Assembly: GCA_030390025.1 (NCBI GenBank)
Contig: CM059438.1
Span: forward strand, 66,342,001 to 66,406,000
Reading direction: 5' to 3'
DNA: 64,000 nt
Source of the DNA: Squalus acanthias
Taxonomy: Eukaryota
The translations under genes were made by a program, and so were the position numbers. Shown piece by piece: positions 23,222-36,302 of this stretch; the stretch's first letter is position 1; every line of letters starts with the position of its first letter. The notes under the pieces are model-generated. The model saw only the letters and a program-made list of their open reading frames with translations. It had not been told where the DNA came from and made no database searches.

Positions 23222-24030
23222 CCTATTAGAGGTCTTCAAAATTATGAGGGGGTTTGATAGGGTAGATGTAGAAAAATTGTTTCCACTTGTGGGGGAGACC
23301 AGGACTAGGGGCCATAAATATAAGATAGTCACTAATAAATACAATAAGGAATTCAGGAGAAACTTCTTTACCCAGAGAGTTGTTAGAACAGCAAACGTTA
23401 GCATAGTGGTAATGTTACTGGACTCCTAATCCAGAGGCCTGGAATTATGATCCGGAGACAAGAGTTAAAATCACGCCACGGCAGCTGGGGAATTTAAATT
23501 CAGTTAAATAAATTTGGAATAAAAGCTAGTAGCAGTAATGGCGACCATGTAACTACCAGATTGCCATAGAAACCCATCTGGTTCACTAATGTCCTTTAGG
23601 GAAGGAAATCTGCCGTCCTTACCTGATCTGACCTTTATGTGACTCCAGACCCACATCAATGTGGTTGACTCTTAACTGCCCTCTGAAATGGCCTCCGTTG
23701 TCAAGAAGGCAGCTCACCACCACCTTCTCAAGGGTAATTAGGGATGAGCAATAAATGCTGGCCTTGCCAGCGACGGCCAAGTTCCGTGAATGATAAAAGT
23801 TGTTAGAATGTGGAACTTGCTACCGCATGGAATGATTGAGGTGAAAAGCATAGATGTATTTAAGGAGAAACTAGATAAGCATGTGAGGGAGAAAGGAATT
23901 GAAGGATATGCTGATAGGGTGAGATGAAATAGGCTGGGAGGAGGCTCGTGTGGAGCATAAACACCGGCACAGACCAGTTGGACCGACTGGCTTTTTTCTG
24001 TGCTGTAAATCCTATGTAATTCTATGTAAT
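23222..24030 (+). mobile_element. CR1 3' fragment interrupted by a SINE
   Basis: ORF 23211-23429 (EVFKIMRGFDRVD..TRGH..FFTQRVV); the LINE resumes at 23798. Confidence 0.88.
23389..23797 (+). mobile_element. tRNA-derived SINE with an 11-bp TSD
   Basis: TSD AGTTGTTAGAA (23378-23388; 23798-23808); A-box head tagcatagtggtaatg; 3' tail shared with the LINE family at 19170-19885. Confidence 0.85.
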
Positions 24031-24824
24031 TATCTCCATACTGCTGTCATGACAGCAGTAATCCAAACTGCAGGCCATTCGAAAATCCCGTAGCCAGCCT
24101 GCGGTTCCCCTTTACCCTTGGTTCACCGGGAGCCCAGCTGCACACTTTTCAAGTAATTTTAGGAGGCCAGCACTCTCGGTCTGTTTTTCCAAGGCCCAGC
24201 CTATATTGTGAAAAGCCCTATGATTTTGCATGTGCGGATAACAGGTCCCATGGGTTGGGTAAATGGGTCTCACTTGAATTATTATATTGAAAATGCGAGT
24301 GGGAACTACATGGCCAGCATTTTGCAATAACCTGCTTGCTTACCATAGGACGTCATTATGAGTGATTAGCATATCTTTGTTACAGAAGTGATTTTTTTGT
24401 GTTTGTTCTGCGAGTTGAACACTTTTCCATTTTATTTCTGTGTTGGGAATGGCCCATGTTAGATGCTGAATAAAACTCCCTCTGCTCTACCCCACCAATC
24501 TGCTTCAGCTGCAAATTTGAGAGGACCATTTCCCACTGTATCTGTGATTTTTTTTTAATTTTCCACTCTACACTCTACAAGATAGAGTGACAATTATGGG
24601 GGGTTCTATGTTGTGAGCCCTCGCCCATTCAGAACTGTGTTGTGACTGCATGATCCTACCTATTTAAAAAAAAAGTCTACATCATCATAGACTTGGTAAC
24701 TCGTTTACATTCTGTACAAAACTGGGCAAGAGTACGTTTACACCTGAGAAGCGTTACTTACACCAGCACTGGATCCAATTGGATTAATTCGGCAATAAAT
24801 CACTATTGCACAGTTTGTCTTGTT

Positions 24825-25710
24825 CTCCGATTCTGACGAAAGGTCATCGACCTGAAACGTTGGCCGGAATTTTCCCCTAAAAAAAACGGGTGGGTTTGGA
24901 GCGTGGGGGCACTTAAATTGTTAAAAATGGGATTCCCGACCTCATCCTGCCTACAACCCAACCATTACCGGTTTTAACGGGGGCGGGGCGGGGAGCAAGC
25001 GACCAACCCGCTCCCAGGGGGCGGTACGTCAATTTAAATATTATAATGAGGCTGTAAGCCTCTTTTTGCACCTCCATTTTGAATTTAGCTGCATGTGGAC
25101 GGGTTTCACACAATTCATGAAACCCGGCAGTTAAAGCGAGGCGGGGACTGCTGTGGCCAGGAGGTAATTGGTTTTGTACCTACCTCCTGGATCCTCCCCC
25201 CTCCCCCCCACCCGCCGATCCCCGATCCACCCCCCGCGATCCCCGGTCAAGCCCCTGCTGATCCCCGACCCCCCCCACCCATCCTCCCCCCGGACCGAGC
25301 CCTCGCTCCCTCTCTGCAGGTGCAGGCCTATCCGCCCGCAGCCAGCCAGCCTCTCAATAGTTCAGGAAAGTGGAGTTGAGGTAGAAGATCAGCCATGATC
25401 TTATTGAATGGCGGAGCAGGCTCGAAGGGCCAAATGGCCTACTCCTGTTCCTATTTCCTATGTTAAACCGAGGCCTCACATGCGAATCAGGCCCTGCCGT
25501 TAAAGTCGGCAGGGCCTGCGGGAAACCCGGCCTTCCGAGTTTCCCGCCCGCCTCGGAGGCCCCCTGCCCCCAACCCACCTACCTGCAGAAAATTCCAGCC
25601 ATTAACTCTGTGTTTCTCTCTCCACAGATGCTGCCTGACCTGCTGAGTATTTCCAGCATTTTCTGTTTTTATTTCAGATTTCCAGCATCCACAGTGTTTT
25701 GCTTTTGTTT
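24825..25710 (+). mobile_element. Penelope-like pseudo-LTR fragment split by a MITE
   Basis: ctgacgaaaggtcatcgacctgaaacgtt | MITE | attaactctg..gatgctgcctgacctgctgag..ccagcatccacagtgttttgc. Confidence 0.75.
24862..25600. mobile_element. MITE (GGCCGGAATTTT / AAAATTCCAGCC TIRs; Harbinger-like), containing a CR1 3' tail at ~25360-25464
   Basis: Inverted termini; 3-bp flanks GTT/ATT; the host element is contiguous on both sides. Confidence 0.75.
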
Positions 25711-26917
25711 TGTCTTGTTCACCTTTGCTTTAAGCACGTGTCCAGTTTCTAAGAAGTAGCAATGGAGTTTGCCCAAAGAGTCAACATTTGCATTTAGCTG
25801 GTCCATTCCATGTCGCTGTGCGGAACTATAAAGGTATTCAAGGGGAATTCTCATCTGAAATCAGTTTAAATGTCCAAATCCCGGATACACTGCTGTCTTT
25901 GTCCAAAAACGGATTAGCTGCTCATTCATTTATTTGCCATTTGTGGGACCTGCTCTGCACAAGTTGGCTCTTGTGTTTGCCTACACAATAGTGACTGCAC
26001 TTCAAAAGTATTTCATTATTTGCCAAGCACTTTGGGATATCCTTAGGACATGATGATATGGGGCTATGTAAATTCAAGTTCTTTTTCTATATGGAAATGG
26101 ATTAAAGTAAGAACAGCTTGTGGCTTCAGAGGAGAAAGAGTAGCAATTTGGTTAGAAAGGTTATTTTTTCTCAAGAAACATTTGGTACGGAGTTTGATGG
26201 AGAACAAGGAAGAAACTGATTCATGTAAGATCAGTCAGCGTGACAGCAATTGTTTGGAGTTCATATCAGAAGTGTGAAGGACTGGTAACTCACCAGCACA
26301 ATATTAAATTACTGCATGCTCACAAGGAATGGAACCAACTCCCTTATGCCTGTTGGTAGAGCGAATTATTATTCTATTTGTGTTATGTATAGGGCTTTTA
26401 ATATGAAAATGGAAGCCTGTTTACTCAGTGCTTGTTTGGTGGAGGGAGCGGGAGAGGGGGGTGGGAGGGGCTGGTAGGAGGGGGTTCTGTTGAGTTGCAA
26501 CATGGTTCCTTCTGAGACCTCAAGTCTGAGATGTCATCCCTTCTATTTAAAGTAATAACAATTGTTCATGTAAGTGTCAGGCCAGGTTGAAATATAAACT
26601 TATTTATAATTGAGAACCATATTTCCAACCCTCATTGATATTTTGTAAGCTTGAAGAACAAATTAACACAAATGCCAAGGAAAGTTTCCAGAAAGAGGAT
26701 ATAATTTTGAAGACTCTCCTAATAAATGTCTACTTAAAAAACATATGCGCCTGTAAAACTATTCTTTCAGGTTTTACGAACAAGATAACATTTTTTTTAC
26801 CCCCGCGACGACTCACTATGACAAGTCTCCTTGACTCAGTCACATTAAGGAAGGAGCCAGCTGCATTCTGGAGTGATTCCACTCATTCCAGAACTGCTGC
26901 ACTGCAGGAAAATGCAC

Positions 26918-27136
26918 TGACATGAATCTGTCATTCATGACTTATGAAATAATACTGAGTGGCCTGTGGGTGGTGTTGTCCAGGGAGAGTATAAATACTC
27001 AGGCACGGGCCCAGCTTGCGCAGGACATTCTTAACAGGAACTAGTGAAGGACACAACTAGACCTCCATGTTGTAAAACAGTTAATTAAAGCTTTGTTTAA
27101 CGCTTAGACCAAGTGCCTAGTAGTTTTCTTCCGTCA
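26918..27136 (+). mobile_element. Solo LTR (219 bp), family 2
   Basis: TGACA...CGTCA ends, TATAAA and ATTAAA inside, 5-bp flanks TGCAC/TACAC; second copy at 59291-59519. Confidence 0.75.
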
Positions 27137-27597
27137 TACACTATCAGCATTTGGGCTTGGGCAGTACTTGGGCAGTAGCATGTTTTCATAGGGTTGAGTA
27201 GTTTACCTGTGGATTGGCTCCAAGTGCAGTTCAAAATCATAACCTTCATTGCAAAGAATGAAACTGCCCCAACAGCCAGTAGGCTCTTTCGGATGAGATG
27301 TTAAACCGAGGCCCCGTCTGCCCTCTCAAGTGGACGTAAAAGATCCCATGATACTATTTTGAAGAAGAGGAGGGGAGTTCTCCCCAGTGTCCTGGCCAAA
27401 ATGTCTTTCTTTCTTTCTCGTCTGAAATCACCGAAACAGTCAGCAGCATTACTATTGCCATGGTAGCTCTACTTTGGGCTAAGAAAATGCCAAGATATCT
27501 ATCTATCCATCTAGTGTATTTAATATATCAACATTTATTTTGCTTTTCTGCAAGATTCAGGCTTATGTTTTATCTGTCTGATTGGTTCAAAAAAAGA

Positions 27598-30400
27598 TAA
27601 GAGAGACTTGCATTTATATAGCACCTTTCATGACCTCAGGATCATAGAATCATAGAAAGTTACAGCACGGAAGGAGGCCATTTCGGCCCATCGTGTCCGC
27701 GCCGGCCAACAAAGAGCTATCCAGCCTAATCCCACTTCCCAGCTCTTGGCCTGTAGCCCTGCAGGTTAGAGCATCCCTTGTGCACATCCAAGTACTTTTT
27801 AAATGTGGTTAGGGTTCCTGCCTCTACCACCCTTTCAGGTAGTGAGTTCCAGACCCCCACAACCCTGTGGGTGAAGAAATTTCCCCTCAAATCCCCTCTA
27901 AACCTTCCCCCAATTACTTTAAATCTGTGCCCCCTGGTTTTTGACCCCTCTGCTAAGGGAAATAGGTCCTTTCTATCCACTTTATCTAGGCCCCTCATAA
28001 TTTTATACGCCTCAATAAGGTCTCCCCTCAGCCTCCTCTGTTCCAAGGAAAACAGACCCAGCCTATCCAGTCTTTCCTCATAGCTAAGATTCTCTACTCC
28101 CGGCAACATCCTTGTAAATCTCCTCCGAACCCTCTCTAGTGCAATCACATCTTTCCTGTAATGTGGTGACCAGAACTGCACGCAGTACTCTAGCTGAGGC
28201 CTAACTAGTGTTTTATACAGTTGAAGCATAACCCCCCTGCTTTTGTATTCTATGCCACGGCTAATAAAGGCAAGCATTCCGTATGCCTTCTTAACCACCT
28301 TATCTACCTGGCCTACTACCTTCAGGGATCTGTGGACATGCACTCCAAGGTCCCTTTGTTCCTCTACACTACTCAGTGTCCTACCATTTAATGTGTATTC
28401 CCTTTCCTTGTTAGCCCTCCCCAAATGCATTACCTCACACTTCTCTGGATTGAATTCCATTTGCCACTGTTCTGCCCACCTGACCAATGTATTGATATCT
28501 TCCTTCAGTCTACAGTTTCCTTCTTCAGTATCAACCACACAGCCGATTTTAGTATCATCTGCAAACTTCTTAATCATACCCCCTATATTCAAGTCTAGAT
28601 CATTGATATATACCACAAAAAGCAAGGGACCTAGTACTGAGCCCTGCGGAACCCCACTGGAAACAGTCTTCCAGTCACAAAAACACCCATCAACCATTAC
28701 CCTCTGTCTCCGAGCCAGTTTTGAATCCAACTTGACATTTTGCCCTGGATCCCATGGGCTTTTAACTTCGTGACCAGTCTGCCATGTGGAATCTTATCAA
28801 AAGCCTTGCTAAAGTCCATATACACTACCTCAAATGCACTACCCTCATCTACCCTCCTTGTTACCTCTTCAAAAAACTCAATCAAGTTTGTCAGACACAA
28901 CATTCCCTTAACAAATCCGTGCTGACTATTCTTGATTAATCCATGTCTTTCTAAATGAAGATTTATCCTGTCCTTCAGAATTCTTTCCAATAATTTTCCC
29001 ACCACCGAGGTTCGGCTGACTGGTCTGTAATTACTCGGTCTATCCTTTTCTCCATTTTTAAACAAGGGTACCACATTAGCAGTCCTCCAGACCTCCGGCA
29101 CCACACCTGAAGCCAAAGAGGATTGAAAAATGATGGTTAGGGCCTCTGCTATTTCCTCCTTTGCTTCGCTTAACAGCCTGGGATACATTTCATCCGGGCC
29201 TGGGGATTTATCCACTTTTAAAGCTGCTAAACCCCTTAATAATTCCTCTCTCACTATGTTTATTTCATCTAATATTTCACACTCCTCCCCCCTGATAGCA
29301 ATGTCTGCTTCGCCCCTCTCCTTTGTGAAAACAGACGCAAAGTATTCATTAAGAACCCTACCGACGTCTCCCGCCTCCACACACAGATTACCCTCATGAT
29401 CTCTAATAGGCCCGACCCTTTCTTTAGTTATCCTCTAAATATATTTATAAAACATCTTTGGATTTTCCTTGATTTTACTTGCCAAGAATTTTTCATGCTC
29501 TCTCTTTGCTTTCCTAATATCCTTTTTAATTGCACCCCTGCACTTTCTGTACTCCTCTAAGGATTCTGGAGTATTTAGCCCTCGGTATCTGTCATATGCC
29601 TCCCTTTTCTTCTTTATCCTACCCTGTATGTCTCTAGACATCCAGGGGGCTCTGGATTTGTTAGTCCCACCTTTTTTCTTTAAGGGCACATATTTGGTCT
29701 GAACCCTCCGGATCTCCTCCTTGAATGCCTCCCACTGCTCTGACACTGATTTACCTTCAAGTAGCTGTTTCCAGTCCACTATGGCTAAATCCCCTCTGAG
29801 CTTAGCAAAATTTGCTTTTCCCCAATTTAGAATTTTTATTCCTGGTCTATCCTTGTCCTTTTCCATAACTACCTTAAATCTAACAGAATTATGGTCACTA
29901 GCACCAAAATGCTCCCCCACTGATACGCCTTCTACCTGCCCAGCTTCATTCCCTAAAACTAAGTCCAGAACCGCCCCCTCCCTTGTTGGGCTTGCTACAT
30001 ACTGGCTAAAAAAGTTCTCCTGGATGCATTTTAGGAATTCTGCACCCTATATGGATGTCCTAAAGTGTTTTACAGCCAATTAAGTACTTTTGAAGTATGA
30101 TCGCTGTTGCAATGTAGGAAATGTGGCAGCCAATTAGCACACAACAATGACCAGATTATCTGTTTTAGGGATGTTGGTTGAGGGACAAATATTGGCCAAG
30201 ACACCAGGGAGAACTCCCCTACTTTTCTTCAGAATAGTGCCATGCGATCTTTTACTTCAACCTGAGAGGACAGATGGGGCATCGGGTTAACGTCTCATCC
30301 AAAAGATGACACCTCTGACAGTGCAGCACTTCCTCAGTACTGTACTGGAGTGTTAGCCTAGAATTTGTACTCCAGTCTCTGGAATGGGACCTCAACCCAC

Positions 30401-30431
<31 letters not shown>

Positions 30432-30451
30432 ACTAAGCCATGGGTGGCACC
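27598..30451 (-). mobile_element. DeuSINE (SacSINE1-like) split into 27598-27642 and 30053-30451 by a CR1 insertion
   Basis: The SINE sequence resumes (ggatgtcctaaag..) after the LINE; GGAT is duplicated at both junctions. Confidence 0.8.
27643..30052 (-). mobile_element. CR1-clade LINE, 2.4 kb (end of endonuclease + RT + 3' UTR)
   Basis: ORFs 29435-29920 (SDHN), 28697-29380 (KSPGPD, DFSKAFD), 27726-28730 (GVPQGSVLGP, FADDTK); (TTCTATGA)n tail. Confidence 0.96.
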
Positions 30452-30847
30452 TGGGATTGGTGTCTATCGTGTCATTTCTGAGAGGTTGCTTTTGTGACTG
30501 AACCTATCGCATTATGCCAGAAAAACATTTTCTACGGGATAGTCACCATGAGAATTCTCTGTGTCTGGCCCTGATTAATGCTAAACAACTGGATTATAAT
30601 ACCTGCATTTCATTACTAGTTATAAATGAACAAACAACAAACTGGAATGAATAAATCCCATTTTTTACATTGATATCTCTACCCTGAAGATTGTCCACTA
30701 TTGCTGCCCACCTAACCATACTCTCTCCCGAAAGATGTATGCTGATGCCCCCAGCACTTGGCTACCTTCCACCATGTACCACTTGCAGTTGCCCCCTTCC
30801 TTCTCCTGGGCTGTGTCCGCATGGAACGCCTTCTGCTGCCCAGAGCT

Positions 30848-31500
30848 TATAGAGTCATAGAGTTATACAGCACAGAAAGAGGCCCTTCGGCCCATCGTGT
30901 CTGCGCCGGCCATCAAGCCCTGTCTATTCTAATCCCATTTTCCAGCACTTGGTCCGTAGCTTTGTATGCTATGGCGTTTCAAGTGCTCATCTAAATGCTT
31001 CTTGAATGTTGTGAGGGTTCCTGCCTCTACCACCCTTTCAGGCAGTGAGTGCCAGATTCCAACCACCCTCTGGGTGAAAATGTTTTTCCTCAAATCCCCT
31101 CTAAACCACCTGCCCCTTACCTTGAAACTATGCCCCCTGGTTAATGACCCCTCTACTAAGGGGAAAAGTTCCTTTCTATCTACCCTATCTATGGCCCTCA
31201 TAATTTCGTACACCTCAATCAGGTCCCCCCTCAGCCTTCTCTGCTCCAAGGAAAACAACCCCAGCCTGTCCAGTCTCTCCTCATAGCTGAAGCGCTCCAG
31301 CCCAGGTAACATCCTGGTGAATCTCCTCTGCACCCTCTCCAATACAATCACATCCCTCCAATACAATCACATCCCTCCTATAGTGTGGCGACCAGAACTG
31401 CACCCAGTATTCCAGCTGTGGCCTAACCAGCGTTTTGTACAGCTCCATCATAACCTCCCTGCTCTTATATTCTATGCCTCGCCTAATGAAGGCAAGTATC
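30848..31500 (-). mobile_element. CR1-clade LINE 3' fragment
   Basis: ORFs 30929-31366 and 31281-31583; small internal tandem duplication at ~31339-31378. Confidence 0.92.
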
Positions 31501-32703
31501 CCCACAGAAGGTGCTTCTCTGCCACCTGGCCAGCACCCCCACATCTTGAGCAATACTTCACTATAATTTTTTTTTAAGTACACTGTTCAATGCACTTTGA
31601 AGAAGCAGCACTCCTTTTAGATTTACTTCCCCCTTTAAAAGTACTTTGATAATTTTTCATCTTAAAACTTGTACTCTTACAATTCAGACTGCATGGGGAT
31701 AGCGATATTCAAACTGGAGAATTTACAGAAAGGAAGGGGTGGGTGGGGAGTCTTCAAATTTTGGTGATGAATGAGCAGAAATAGCAAAGGCCAATTTCTA
31801 AGGTAATGACAATCCAGGTGTCTGCTTTACTGACACCAAGGCGTTATTAAAGTGTATCCAGCACCAACAGAGAGCTTATTAAAGGTGTCGAGATCAGAAG
31901 TGAGCTTTATTTTGAAATGTGACAGCTCCTTTGAGAGGAGATTGGACACACAGTATTTCAGGGCACCTGCTACATGTGGAGTGACTGGATGGTGAATTTT
32001 TTTCAGGGTCAGGAAAAAAAGTTTGTCCTTATGTGACGCGATGGTCTAAAGGATATTGAAATGCCTCATTCTCTCAGTTGTATGTGTCATCATCACGTCA
32101 AATTGCATCTCATCATCCTGCCGATTGCATGTGTCATCGATGGGATGGAAAGACTCCTCACCACAAATTAATAAAAACATTTGTGTATGTTTTTTTATTG
32201 TGTGAAGACAGTGCCCCTTTTATTCACGTTTCCGACAACCTCTTCAGATTTGTGGCAGCTGGCTTTGTTAATTGTTACAGATGGAAGGGTAATGGAGGTG
32301 TCCTGCTGCACCTTCTGTGGGGATACTCCATGGTGCATCTAGTCTGGCGTTACATAATTCTACTTAGCAACAAAGCCCCCAAGGATTCAAATCCCAATGG
32401 GTTCGGCCTAGTGTTAGTGAGGGATCCAGTGCATCTGTCTGTCCCAGATCATGAGAAGATGAGTGATGTTCAGCTTAGTAATAGCGAAACAAGCAATTGT
32501 ATGCTCTTGGAAGAAAAATCTCGCATGCGTTTTGATAAATGGTTGGACAGGACACCGTTGAATACATTATTTCTTCTTGGACTTCACTGCACAGGATGGA
32601 GATGACTATTATCTGTTATACAAAGTAAAAGGATTATAGTAATTTCTAGAAATTGAGTGCTCCGGACAATCTCCGTTGGTTTTAATCATTCAATAAGGAC
32701 TCC

Positions 32704-34756
32704 TGGCCCCAGAAGTGCTGACAAGAGTTGAGGGTCATAGAATCTGCACTAACTGGGCCTTGGACAATGGTGATTACTATATCAAATATCTACTGATTTT
32801 GAATATGCCTTCTGTTCCATCTACATGGGTGCCCTTTATACTGCCTCACCTTGGTCCTCAGAATCCGACCACGATCAGCCTGAACACCAGCAGCACCAAC
32901 AATAACATCAACCTTCTCCACAAACACCTGATGCTGCACAGGACAGAGGGCATCAGCACCCGAGCACATTGCTGCCCGGGAGACATGGGATGGTCTCACC
33001 ATGGCCAGATTTACTTCACTTGACGCTGTACACCCTGGCTGCCACATGATGAGCCACACCCCACACCAACAACATAAAGCTTCCCCACAATGCCCAAGCC
33101 ATTCCTTTCACACTCACCGTCATTGCGGGGGGGGGGGGTGGGGGGGGGGGGGGTGGGGGAGGGATGTGGGGGCTACCGTTATGTCTCACCATTCACTGCA
33201 ACTCACTAAGCCACTTCCAAAGGTGCACACAGATCTGCCCAAGAATACATTGGGCCGGATATTCCGATCCCTATGGGTGTGTACGCGCTGTGTACTCACA
33301 CGTAGGGACATTGGAAATGCCGGTTTCAGGCATGCACAGCGCATGCGCTGGAAACCGGCATTTCCGATCTGTCAAGAATGGTCTTGACAGATCCTCCGGC
33401 TGCCCTGGAGAAAGGTCTCTGCGGGCGGATAGTTCTGCTTTATGGAGACCCTCCGCCCGCAGAAAACCCTTACAATTATTGCGCCTGGTAAAAGCAGGTC
33501 ATTCCAGGATAAGAGTTGAAAAAAGTTTTTTTTTTAATTTCAAAAATTAAAATTTTTGTTTAAAATAGTTAATTTATTGTGATTTCAAGTCATTTTAAAA
33601 ATGTGATTTAAAAAAAAAAATTATTTAAAGTTTTACTATGTTTTTGGGATGATCTCCATTCATATATTTGACAGGTCTTCCTGTCAAGTGTATGAAGGGA
33701 GATTCCCTTCTGTGATTGGCTCCCCATGGCCCACGTGATCCCAGGGACCCTGCGAACTACCTGTACCTCTGGGATACGTGGGCCCTGCTCACCGGCAGTT
33801 TGGAGAGGCCCAGCATCGGAACTGTGCGCCTCCCAAGAGCCCTCAGGTAAGGGTGCAGATTTTTCCAGATCGCAGTCCTCCGCCCGCGGGAGGCCTGCGA
33901 TCAGAATATCTGGGCCAATGTGTTGAAAATAAAGGTTTTAATGTTTGACACCACATTAACAGAAATGTTACATGAACATTGGCTAAAACACCCAAGTGCC
34001 TACCCTTGTGTGTTTTTAGTTGGTATGATTGGACTAGGATGAGGGTGAATGTGAGGGGTGGCTAGTGAGATGGGGAAGTGATAATGTAGATAGAGAGGGA
34101 TGGGTGGAGGTGCAAGGTAAGTTGGTGTGAGTAAGGATGTGCAGGAGTAGGGTAGGGAAGGCAGAGTGATGGGGATGTGATGAGTGGCACAGCAGGATGA
34201 GGTTGAGTGTGGGTTTGCAGTAACGTTTCGTGATCTACTGAGATCATTGAAAGGTTTGTGCCACTGCAGCCTGGTCCTCCTGACAACATCTCTGCTTGTG
34301 TCCTCCTCTGCAATGTGCAACCAGGCTGCGTTGGTCTCCTGGGGAGGTCTCTTCCACCCATGGGAAGGGAAGAGGACCTCCCTGCGTGCTCTGACTCCCT
34401 CCATAGGCATATGGAGGGAGACATGGGAGAGCCTGGGTGCTGCCCTGCACCTTTTTTTTCATTTGTTTATGGGATCAGGGCATCGCTGGCAATGCCAGTA
34501 TTTATTGCAGTCATTTTCATTGTTTGCAGCACTTCAATGCTGTAGAACACTGACAGCACAAATGTCAAAATAAAATTGACCATGGTCACCAGACCAGCTT
34601 CCTCTAATTGGACTGGCAAATGCACTGGGCGGGCTTAACAAGCCCTATCAACGGAAAGTCATTTTGGACAGCAGGATGGAGCCAGCAGCGGGGTCGGGAC
34701 CCTCCACCAACGTCGCCCTCCACAGACCCGCTGAGGTGAGCAAAATCCCGGCCATT
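32704..34756 (-). mobile_element. Decayed non-autonomous Harbinger element
   Basis: Myb/SANT remnant MEGVRARREVLFP..AAWLHIAEE..RRTRLQWHKPFNDL (34000-34410); GGCC-type end gcaaaatcccggcc. Confidence 0.6.
33252..33916. mobile_element. MITE nested in the Harbinger relic
   Basis: Termini GGGCCGGATATTC / GAATATCTGGGCC; internally similar to 42452-43193 (gcgcatgcgctg.aaaccggca; cacgtgatccca). Confidence 0.7.
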
Positions 34757-36229
34757 GAGTCAGGGCCAGATCAGAACCAAGGGAAACAGAGTGAGTCAGG
34801 GCCAAGTAACTATTTTTCACATCAAAATTCAATAAAATGAACAAAGGTGGTTTTGCACCTTTTATTAAAAATCTTGTCAGCATTATAAAGGTACATGCCA
34901 CATGTTGCTGGTTCTTAGTCATAATCTATAACACTCTGGGATCCTTATTAATCTATGGAAAGGTGCAAAGTGGAGGACAGGTAATGCACAGGGAAGAAGG
35001 ATTAGAAGAGTGACATCAGGCTGCCCCCCATTACATTCCAGTATGAGAGTGTTATTGCTAGAACCTGCTAGTAGATTCATTTTTCAGTCAGGGGAATGTG
35101 TAGCACAAGAGTCTGTCAAAGATAAGGAAAGAAAGATTTTTTTTTGTTTATCCTTTTTTTAATAAAAAGTTTTTGCAAGTAATTATTGATACGCCGCCTC
35201 CAAAAAAATGAACTGAGTAGAAAACCCGCAGATAAACAATTTCTGTTTGTTCCCTTTCCCCTTCCTGCCCCAGACTCCTCCAACACTGCCAAAAAGCACA
35301 AGGGTGGGTTGAATGATAGACAGTGTTCAGAGCCAACCAATTGTCTGAAACTGAGCTAATCTTAATAAGAAAAGTTGGGACTTCTTCCTCCCATATGAGA
35401 CACAACTTTTCCAACCCAACTCATTCAGGGACTGTAAAAATGGTGAGTCTGGCAAAGAAGTGACTGTAAGTGACCAGAAAAAATAAATGGTATCCAGAGG
35501 GTAATCTTATGCATGTTAAATTTTCAAAAACCCTCAAGATGCTAAATCTTTGCCATTTGTTTATGAACATGCAGCTTAAAGTTGATGTGACAATTGTAAA
35601 TGCTAAATTTATTTTATACTTTGAAATCTCTGGGGTATGCTTCTCTTTGTGCTGGAAGCCCTCACCCATCCAGCCATTCTTCATGTCTGCACCCAAGAGA
35701 TTTAAGAACCGATTTTAATTCCTGGCAGGAAGCCGGCGGGATTGGAACTTTTTCTGTTCTGGTTTTCATAATTCAACTTTGAATCAGATTCTACCATAAA
35801 TATAGCTTGGCGATGAACAAACGTAACCTATACAGTCCAATGTTCTTAAAGCCATTGGGACATATTGGGAGTGTGGGGTGAGTTAGTTAAGTACATCTAG
35901 TGATGCCTCATGAGTAACGATGGTCTCTTGGTATTTGCTTGGTTGCCTTCGGGAATCGGAAAGGAATTTCCTAGAGTTTTTCCCAGAATTGGTCGCAGGT
36001 TTATTTTTAGCGCTGTTCGATTTGGGAAGTTAGTCTTAAGAGGTTGCACTGTTTTAACAGAAAGGGTAGCATCGATGGGCTCAATGGACTTTTCTCATTC
36101 TTTGTCTATGTTTCCGTGTTACATCTGTGACTGGGTTTACCATCTATCTAGCTTTCCCAGCCTGGGATTGAAATTTTGGGATATCTGTTTCCTGCAGTCA
36201 GATCACTTCGTACATGAATGTTCAAGATC

Positions 36230-36302
36230 TCAACAACAACAGCAACAACAATTGTATTTATATAGCGCCTTTAACATAGTAAAACGTCCCAAGGCGCTTC
36301 AC
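36230..36302 (-). mobile_element. L2-type 3' tail fragment
   Basis: (caa)n followed by tatttatatagcgcctttaacatagtaaaacgtcccaaggcgcttcac. Confidence 0.65.

Noticed and set aside
32078..32605. 175-aa ORF, and similar 60-220 aa ORFs at 34800-40000 and 53600-54600
   Set aside because: No recognisable domain or exon structure; consistent with chance ORFs or antisense frames of repeats.
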